The notes beneath the pieces were generated by a model. That model saw nothing but the letters and a program-made list of their open reading frames with translations, had not been told where the DNA came from and searched no databases. This document shows, piece by piece, positions 8,734-15,510 of a stretch of DNA of 64,000 nt; position 1 is the stretch's first letter; every line of letters begins with the position of its first letter. The stretch comes from an uncultured Desulfobulbaceae bacterium. GTDB lineage: Bacteria > Desulfobacterota > Desulfobulbia > Desulfobulbales > BM004. A program made the translations under genes and the position numbers. Where the stretch lies: positions 41,236 through 105,235 of the forward strand of contig CAMYKS010000010.1 in NCBI GenBank assembly GCA_947259115.1, given 5' to 3'.

Positions 8734-8758
8734 GCCCATGACAAAGATTGTCATGGGC
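8734..8758. promoter_or_regulatory. perfect 11-bp inverted repeat, candidate enhancer-binding (UAS) site or terminator hairpin
   Basis: GCCCATGACAA-aga-TTGTCATGGGC. It lies ~120-150 bp upstream of the sigma54-like element and 85 nt downstream of the NHL gene stop. No T-run follows on either strand. Confidence 0.3.
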
Positions 8759-8842
8759 TGCACATTGAGCCGCCCCCCAAATTGACAAAAAATGTCACAT
8801 ATTGCCGCAAAATGTCACACATGGAGTGTGCACCATACTCTT

Positions 8843-10885
8843 TCATGGGACATCCATTACCTGCACCCTGTGGTTGAACATATCGGCCACAATAACGTTG
8901 CCGCGCCGGTCCACTGCAATATGGGACGGAAACTGAAACCAGCCTTCAGACAATCCCTGCCCCCCGAACTCAAGCAGATATCTGCCGTCCTTATAGGTAT
9001 AGGCATTGATGGCATGCCGCATGTAATCTACGACGTAGATGACCTCCCGGTGGACATCAACAGCAATGCTCCTCGGGTTGCTGAGCTTGCCGGTGGACCC
9101 TCCCAGTTCACCAAAGGCAAAGAGGAAATTCTCATCCCTGTCGAGCACGAAAACGCGGCCGGCAATATTGGCGAGGATGTATATCCTGCCCTTGGTATCC
9201 ACCACAACATCCTCCACCTTGAGTGCGCCGGGGTGGCTGGGATCATTGCCCATCTCTTCACTCACGCCGCCTACCTTCAAGGGTACGAGCCAGCGCTTGA
9301 AATTTCCTTCCAGGTCAAGCACCAGCACACCTTTTGCGCCATTGCCGGATATATAGAGCGTATCATTGCCAGGACCGAGGGCCATGTTCTGCGGCACAAA
9401 ATTACCAGCAATACCGGGAATTTCAGCAAAGAAAATATCACGCACTTTAAAAAATGCAGCGTTGAGCACCCTGATCATCGGCGCTATCCTGGTTCCTGCA
9501 TCATCACTGGTTTCTCCCTGGGCCACATAAATATTCCCCTGCTTATCAACTGTCATTCCCATGGGATTACTGATTCCCCTACCCGGGCCAAGTGCGGCCA
9601 CGGGAAAATAGTCCTGCCCGTAAATTGTCACCCTGGTATTTACCTGGCCGCCGGAACTGAGCATATATATCTCATCCATGAACGGGTCATAGTGGACCTC
9701 TCTGGGGAAAGAAATTCTTCGGTCATAGATGTCCCGGAAAAAAACCTTGACCACCCGCACAGGAGACAGGCCGCTTGGCTGACCCCGCTTGGCGAATTTC
9801 TCACCCTGGTCAAAAATATCGGCTCCAGGGGTGTCCGTGCCTTCGTCCGCATCCTTTAGGTCCAGCAGGGTGGCAGTTTCCTGCCGGGGCACAACAGCGG
9901 CAGTGGTAACTGCTGCATCGTCTGCCTTGTTCGGCTGGGCTGCATCTCCCATGGACGCTCCACCGGCCTGGCCCCCTTCTGCAACGGTCTCAAAGGACCC
10001 GTCCAGTTCACCGCTGCTTTCCTCAAGCTGTTCGTCCGCAAGAGCATCCGGGGCTACCAAGGCAACAGGAGCCGGAACCAATTCCGCCGCAGATTGATAC
10101 TGTCTGGATATGCGCTCTGCCTTGATGTATGCCTGCAAAATGTTGGCGCCATCAAGGGGCTCCCCAACCGTTCCAAGGAATGCATCCGCGTCTGCCAGGC
10201 TCTCAAATCTGCCGATTCTGACAGTATGGTACCCCTGTACCTTCTCTATGCGCAGATGATCACGCTGCGTTTCCCGTAATGCTTTTACCAGAAACTGGTA
10301 TTTTTTCTCAGCAGCATCTTCAATGCTGTAGCTGCCCACCTGGATTGTATAGTACTCCTGCTGCTCATTGAAACCGGTTGCAAAATTTGTTGTTGGTGCA
10401 AGGGTTTCAGCCGCTGTTTCTTTTTCAGGAGAAACCGGCAGAATATCATTTACCGATTTTTTCGGGACTGATGCGGTATCCTGGCTAAGAGGCAGAGAAG
10501 CCTCTTCGTGCAAAACAGGTTCATATAATAAGGATATTCGCTCGGGCTTGTTATGGGCTTGCAGAATAAGGGCCCCGGCAAGGGGTTCACCGGCTGCCCC
10601 AACTATCCGATCTGCTTCGCTCCATGAACCAAACCTGCCAAGCCTTACTGTATAGTAGCCACCCACCTTTTCAACACGCAGGTAATCCCGCTGATCAGGC
10701 GCAAGACTCTCAGCCAGGGAATGGAATAACCTTGTTGCAGGCGGTTCCTGGCTGTAGCTTCCGGCTTGGATTGTATGGAACTGCGAAAGATCTGCGGCTC
10801 CGGCAGATGAATGGAACAGGAAAGGTGTCAGAAAAAAGAGGAGGAGGTAAATTGAAAAATGATATGAAATTATTCTAAATTTCAT
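8843..10885 (-). CDS. secreted SPOR-SPOR-NHL-repeat beta-propeller protein
   Basis: The ORF runs to 10936. Met at 10885 has a GAGGTG SD and starts a signal peptide (MKFRIISYHFSIYLLLFFLTPFLFHSSAGA). There are two SPOR-like repeats (FHTIQAGSYS..YYTVRLGRFGSWSEADRIV and YYTIQVGSYS..YHTVRIGRFESLADADAFL), then an Ala/Glu-rich linker, then NHL repeats (..LSNPRSIAVDVHREVIYVVD.., ..PSHIAVDRRGNVIVADMFNHRVQVMD). It contains no CxxCH. Confidence 0.75.
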   Translation of the reverse strand: MKFRIISYHFSIYLLLFFLTPFLFHSSAGAADLSQFHTIQAGSYSQEPPATRLFHSLAESLAPDQRDYLRVEKVGGYYTVRLGRFGSWSEADRIVGAAGEPLAGALILQAHNKPERISLLYEPVLHEEASLPLSQDTASVPKKSVNDILPVSPEKETAAETLAPTTNFATGFNEQQEYYTIQVGSYSIEDAAEKKYQFLVKALRETQRDHLRIEKVQGYHTVRIGRFESLADADAFLGTVGEPLDGANILQAYIKAERISRQYQSAAELVPAPVALVAPDALADEQLEESSGELDGSFETVAEGGQAGGASMGDAAQPNKADDAAVTTAAVVPRQETATLLDLKDADEGTDTPGADIFDQGEKFAKRGQPSGLSPVRVVKVFFRDIYDRRISFPREVHYDPFMDEIYMLSSGGQVNTRVTIYGQDYFPVAALGPGRGISNPMGMTVDKQGNIYVAQGETSDDAGTRIAPMIRVLNAAFFKVRDIFFAEIPGIAGNFVPQNMALGPGNDTLYISGNGAKGVLVLDLEGNFKRWLVPLKVGGVSEEMGNDPSHPGALKVEDVVVDTKGRIYILANIAGRVFVLDRDENFLFAFGELGGSTGKLSNPRSIAVDVHREVIYVVDYMRHAINAYTYKDGRYLLEFGGQGLSEGWFQFPSHIAVDRRGNVIVADMFNHRVQVMDVP

Positions 10886-10986
10886 TGACACCTCAAGCGA
10901 AATAACAGGTGAGCAGCTGTATTGCAAACTGCCCACCTGGGATATATGAAAAGATTAACTCAACATGACATGCTGCGATAAAGCAC

Positions 10987-11002
10987 TGCAATAATCAAGC
11001 CA
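10987..11002 (-). promoter_or_regulatory. candidate sigma54 -24/-12 promoter for the SPOR-NHL gene
   Basis: The minus strand reads TGGCTTGATTATTGCA, with correct GG-N10-GC spacing. It lies ~100 nt upstream of the ATG at 10885, in the gap after the dodecaheme gene. Confidence 0.4.
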
Positions 11003-11080
11003 TTGCCACTGCCCAAGTACAAAAACAAGATCTGACCTGTCAGTATACCCTCACCCCCAGTCCGTAACAAGGCTTAAATG

Positions 11081-11941
11081 CTATTTCTGAATATCATGGG
11101 CAATGCCATGGCATGCAGCACATTCCGCATATTTCTTATGAATAGAAGGATTATGCGGCTCGCCGTGGCATTCCTGGCAGGCGGGAATCCTGCCGTGTGA
11201 TGCATGACACTCGGCACAGGTCAAAGCTGAGTGCTTTGTCACACGTGCCTGTAATAACTGGTAAGCCTCATCGTGACAACCAGCACAGACTTCCTTGCTC
11301 TGGGTAATGGGATAGGAGATGCGAAGCGGCGTATGTACCGGGTGGCAGGCCAGACAATCAGGCGTTGCAAGTTGTGCCATGGGGCTGTGATTCTCATGGC
11401 ATTCAGCACATTGGGGAATACGGCCGTGTTTTTCCGAATGACAGGAGGAGCACTCCTGCTCTGTATGCATGCTCACCTCTGCCATAAGGCTTGCTGCAAC
11501 CTCGGTATGGCACAGTTTACAGCGCCCTTCAAGAGATCCGGGATCAGGAATGGAAACCAATGGCTTGTGGGGGTTGGCGTGGCATTCCAAGCACTGCATC
11601 ACCGGTTCCGCAGACCCGTGGGGTGCATCATGGCAGCTGGAACATTTGGGCATAATCGCCCCGTAATTATTGCGCAGTGGGTTATAGGCATGAAAGACCT
11701 CGTGGCATTCGGTACAGGCTACTGTCTGGTGCCTGGCGCCATTATCGCGCAGCCAATTGTAGTGTGTCGTATGGCAGCGGGCGCAATCCTCCAATGTCAG
11801 AGGCTGCACCGCTATAGTGTAAATACTGCCCTCAACCGTTTCAGCAGCAGCAGATTGGCAAAAGAAAAATGCTGCAAAAAGAATAAATGCCGGTGTGGTC
11901 ATTTTTACCAAACTACAATTGATTGTTTTTTTTCTTGCCAT
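11081..11941 (-). CDS. dodecaheme c-type cytochrome (GSU1996-like polymer of c7-type triheme modules)
   Basis: 286 aa with a signal peptide and 12 CxxCH motifs (CARCH, CTECH, CSSCH, CLECH, CKLCH, CSSCH, CAECH, CLACH, CAGCH, CAECH, CQECH, CAACH). There is an internal repeat, ..HGRIPxCxECH.. An SD (AGAGGTG) precedes the ATG. Confidence 0.9.
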   Translation of the reverse strand: MARKKTINCSLVKMTTPAFILFAAFFFCQSAAAETVEGSIYTIAVQPLTLEDCARCHTTHYNWLRDNGARHQTVACTECHEVFHAYNPLRNNYGAIMPKCSSCHDAPHGSAEPVMQCLECHANPHKPLVSIPDPGSLEGRCKLCHTEVAASLMAEVSMHTEQECSSCHSEKHGRIPQCAECHENHSPMAQLATPDCLACHPVHTPLRISYPITQSKEVCAGCHDEAYQLLQARVTKHSALTCAECHASHGRIPACQECHGEPHNPSIHKKYAECAACHGIAHDIQK

Positions 11942-11986
11942 GCCGCACCTCTTGTTTTTTCAGATATTTAACGGTAAAAATTTCAT

Positions 11987-12028
11987 AAAAAAAAATGGCA
12001 GGAGAGCCGATGATGCAGCTCCCCTGCC
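11987..12028 (-). terminator. intrinsic terminator between the two dodecaheme genes
   Basis: The minus strand reads GGCAGGGGAGC-loop-GCTCTCCTGCC (10/11 bp stem) followed by A and T9. It lies 14 nt after the upstream stop codon. Confidence 0.65.
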
Positions 12029-12041
12029 ATTGCGCAATGTC

Positions 12042-12839
12042 TTATTTAACCAGGAAATGCGCGTCCAGATGACAGTCTAGACAGTTGGGCATTTTCTGAT
12101 GCATAAATGACGAGTGGGGTTCGCCGTGGCAGGTCTGACACTGGGGCACATTGGGATGCTGCCCCCGGTGGCAGAAGGCACAGGTAAATGTCTGGTGCTT
12201 GGTCACGGTTTTTTCCAGCTGCTCGCCGACTTCCTCATGACATGGCACACAGAAAGCCCTCTGGGTGGTCATCGCATAATTAATTTGCAGCGGATGATGT
12301 GCAGGGTGACAGCCGAGGCAGTCACTGGTCAGTTGGCCTTCCGCGTGGGGCTCATGACAGTTGGAGCAATCGGGGATCTTGCCATGCACCTCGTGGCAGA
12401 AGGTACATGACTGCTCTGCATGGGCACTGGCGAAATTGGCAAAATCCTGCCCCGGGCCTTCATGGCAGGTGAGACACGGCTCTTTAATATCATCGGCAAG
12501 GTTCAGGGCCAGGGGTTCATGGGGATTCGAATGACAGGAGAGGCAGTTTTCCAGTTCAAAATGCGACCTCCCTTCATGGCACATGGAGCATTGCGGAATA
12601 ACTTCTTCCCCCCAGGGCGGATGCTCCTGGTGACAGTCCAGACAAGTAACAGCGGTCTGATGCTTGCCGCCGTTGCTGGCTATTGAGGCCGGCGCATCCT
12701 GGTGACACTTGACGCAGTCCGCTAAATCCAGAGAGGTCAGTTCTGCTTTTGCCTCACTGGGGAAAACAGCCAACATGGCAGCTGCAACGACAACTGCGCA
12801 GAGAAAACCAAATAAAGAATATCCTTTTTTTTCCATCAT
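12042..12839 (-). CDS. dodecaheme c-type cytochrome, tandem paralog
   Basis: 265 aa with a signal peptide (..VFPSEAKA) and 12 CxxCH motifs (CVKCH, CLDCH, CSMCH, CLSCH, CLTCH, CTFCH, CSNCH, CLGCH, CVPCH, CAFCH, CQTCH, CLDCH). Its module spacing matches that of the 11081..11941 product. Confidence 0.9.
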   Translation of the reverse strand: MMEKKGYSLFGFLCAVVVAAAMLAVFPSEAKAELTSLDLADCVKCHQDAPASIASNGGKHQTAVTCLDCHQEHPPWGEEVIPQCSMCHEGRSHFELENCLSCHSNPHEPLALNLADDIKEPCLTCHEGPGQDFANFASAHAEQSCTFCHEVHGKIPDCSNCHEPHAEGQLTSDCLGCHPAHHPLQINYAMTTQRAFCVPCHEEVGEQLEKTVTKHQTFTCAFCHRGQHPNVPQCQTCHGEPHSSFMHQKMPNCLDCHLDAHFLVK

Positions 12840-13185
12840 TTTAACACCCCTTTATCCTCCGGAAATATTAACTTGTCATACGAATATCTTTTCATAAAAA
12901 ATAATGAATGGAGTTTCATTATCAGACTATGTCTGCCTTTGTCAAGTGTTAAAAAATGTTCACTATTCTTCCGAAGCAGCTTCATCCTCCCAGCCTGACC
13001 TTTTTCCTGCGCACTCATCGGGGTGACACTGAAATAATTCTGTTCAGAGAGCCATCAGCCCATACGACTTTCCTTTGACTTAACATGCCCCGCCTCCTAT
13101 TATAGTGAAATTACATGGACAGTATTCATAGCTGAATAGTAGTATCCATACTATAGGGCATCTTTATTGTTAAAGCCACCATCGC

Positions 13186-15387
13186 ATGAAGATCACTGGA
13201 AAAATATTTACCACCAAGACCTGGGCATTTCTGCTTCTGCTTTTTGCCGTCTCTTTAGTATATTCCAACACAATCCATGCCCCTTTTACCTTTGATGATG
13301 CCCAGATTGTCGATAATTATTTCATCCAGATCACAGATATTACCCCGGAAAATTTACAGCAGATTGCCACCCTGAGTCCAAACAAGCGACGCCTGCTGCC
13401 GAATATTTCCTTTGCTCTTAACTATTACTTTGCCGGCTACAACGTTATTGGCTTTCATCTGGTCAATATCCTCCTCCATATTGGCGTAGGATTTTCCTTT
13501 TATCTCCTGGCCCGAAAAACCCTGGGGCTGCTGCCTGCATCCCTGATCACCGGGCGCAAAGCTGAGATTGCGCTGGCGGCAGCACTGATTTGGGCCCTCC
13601 ATCCCCTGCAGACTAACGGTGTTACCTACATTGTCCAACGCATGACCTCCATGGCAAGCCTTTTTTTTCTGCTCTCATTGCTGTCTTATATCAAGGGCCG
13701 AACTGTCAAAAATGGTATGAGAAAGATATTCTTTTTCCTGTCTGCTTTTGTCCTGGGCACCATGGCTCTGCTGAGCAAGGAAAACAGCGGCATGCTGCCC
13801 GTGATGATCGTCGGTTATGAGTTCTTTTTTTTAAGGCCAGCGGATGCAAACAGAAAAGAGCGGCTGAAAATCCTTGCGGCTGCAGGAGTCCTGTTCATTA
13901 TTTTTGCCATTATATGCTGGACCTTTTTGGGCAGCGACCCACTTAATGCCATTGTACAAGGTTACGGTCGCAGAGATTTCACCCTTTACCAGAGACTTTT
14001 GACCCAAAGCAGGATCGTAACCCACTACCTGTCCCTACTGCTCCTGCCGCTTCCTGCAAAACTCAACCTGGCCTACGACTTCCGGCTCTCCACCGGGCTT
14101 CTGACACCGATCCAGACATTTCCTGCTATAATTTTTGTTACCGCGCTGGCAACTCTCATTTTCCCGTTATACAGACGTGACAGGCTGACAGCTTTTGCTT
14201 TTTTCTGGTTTCTGGGAAATCTTTTTGTGGAATCAACGGTCATTCCCCTGGAACTTATTTTTGAACACCGTATGTATATGCCCTCCATGTTTCCTATCCT
14301 GGCAGGCACTTTCTGGTGTTACAGGATTTCAGGAACAAAAAACTGCAGGATTCTGCTGCTTGTCACATTATCTTTCCTGGCATTATTCACCTGGCAGCGC
14401 AATACTGTCTGGCAGAGCGAAATCAGCATCTGGACCGATATTGTCCAGAAATCGCCTGCATTGCCGAGGGCGTATGTCAATCTGGCAAAGGCATACGGAG
14501 AAAAAGGCGAGCATGAGAGGGCTGAAACCTTACTGCTCCAGGCCAGCAACATTGCTCCTGAAGACGTTCACACATTACTCAGCATGGGAGCTGCGCTGGA
14601 AAATTTGAATCGGCATGCGGAAGCACTGGACTTTTATAGGAGGGCTCTTCAGCAGCAGGGAATCGATGAGGCAAAGGCTCACAGGAACCTTTCCGGGCTT
14701 TACCTGAGGATGAATACATTCGATAAGGCCCTTATCCATGCGCGTGAAGCCAACAGGCTTAACCCTTATAATTATGAAGCCTTTATCCTGCTGGCTGCAG
14801 CCTATTTCAAATCCGGCAACCTGCTCCAGGCAGAGCGCACCTTAAAGCAGGCCCTTGGCCTTTTTCCTGCAAAGGGGGATATTTACGTACAGCTGGGAGT
14901 CATCCATGAACACCAGAACAGGCTTGCTGAAGCTGTCAATATGCTGAAAATGGGGCTCGCCTCCAGAGAGGTTGACCGGGCCAGGGCATACAATACCCTA
15001 GGCATTGTCCACTGGCGGCAGCGTAATTATTCCCTGTCAGTCACGGCAGCTCAAAAGGCCATTGAGATCAATCCGCAGCTTGTTGATGCATACCTGACCC
15101 TTGGTATCACGTATGAAGACATGGGTCACCGGGACTTAGCTCTGCAGCAGTTCACCCGGGGGTGGCAGCAGGGCCTGGATGTTGTTGGGATATTTAATGG
15201 CTGGGCCATGAATTTTCTTAATTCGAACCAGGCTGACAAAGCAGAATTTTATTTGCTGGAAGCCATCAAGCTTGAACCGGGCAGGCCGGAAAGCCACGAC
15301 AATCTTGCCTCTGTTTACCAGGTAAAGGGCATGAGCGCACAGGCGCACAAGGAAAGGGAGATTGCAAGGTCCCTGCGAAACCGTTAG
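13186..15387 (+). CDS. TMTC/PMT-like GT-C membrane protein with C-terminal TPR array (putative protein O-glycosyltransferase)
   Basis: 733 aa with a multi-pass N-terminal half. It carries an acidic first-loop motif (APFTFDDAQIV) and a DUF1736-like motif (LHPLQTNGVTYIVQRMTSM). The C-terminal half consists of TPR repeats. Confidence 0.6.
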   Translation: MKITGKIFTTKTWAFLLLLFAVSLVYSNTIHAPFTFDDAQIVDNYFIQITDITPENLQQIATLSPNKRRLLPNISFALNYYFAGYNVIGFHLVNILLHIGVGFSFYLLARKTLGLLPASLITGRKAEIALAAALIWALHPLQTNGVTYIVQRMTSMASLFFLLSLLSYIKGRTVKNGMRKIFFFLSAFVLGTMALLSKENSGMLPVMIVGYEFFFLRPADANRKERLKILAAAGVLFIIFAIICWTFLGSDPLNAIVQGYGRRDFTLYQRLLTQSRIVTHYLSLLLLPLPAKLNLAYDFRLSTGLLTPIQTFPAIIFVTALATLIFPLYRRDRLTAFAFFWFLGNLFVESTVIPLELIFEHRMYMPSMFPILAGTFWCYRISGTKNCRILLLVTLSFLALFTWQRNTVWQSEISIWTDIVQKSPALPRAYVNLAKAYGEKGEHERAETLLLQASNIAPEDVHTLLSMGAALENLNRHAEALDFYRRALQQQGIDEAKAHRNLSGLYLRMNTFDKALIHAREANRLNPYNYEAFILLAAAYFKSGNLLQAERTLKQALGLFPAKGDIYVQLGVIHEHQNRLAEAVNMLKMGLASREVDRARAYNTLGIVHWRQRNYSLSVTAAQKAIEINPQLVDAYLTLGITYEDMGHRDLALQQFTRGWQQGLDVVGIFNGWAMNFLNSNQADKAEFYLLEAIKLEPGRPESHDNLASVYQVKGMSAQAHKEREIARSLRNR

Positions 15388-15510
15388 GCTGTGCTGTTAT
15401 GATGTTAATCAAAACTTGACACCCATGCTCCTGTACTATACTTTCAGCAATCGTTTTCTTTACTTTTTATCCCTGTTTCTCAACCGGAACCCCTTTCCCG
15501 TACCTGTTTA

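Noticed and set aside
8792-9859. A long 355-aa plus-strand ORF opposite the NHL-repeat region.
   Set aside because: It is antisense to unmistakable NHL repeats. It is His/Pro/Gly-rich with no recognisable motif and no RBS. Repeat-rich genes often leave open antisense frames.
11273-11971. A 232-aa plus-strand ORF opposite the dodecaheme gene, together with 12114..12686 opposite its paralog.
   Set aside because: The minus strand carries 12 perfectly spaced CxxCH motifs in each gene. The antisense frames are Met/Gly/His-rich mirror artefacts of Cys/His codons.
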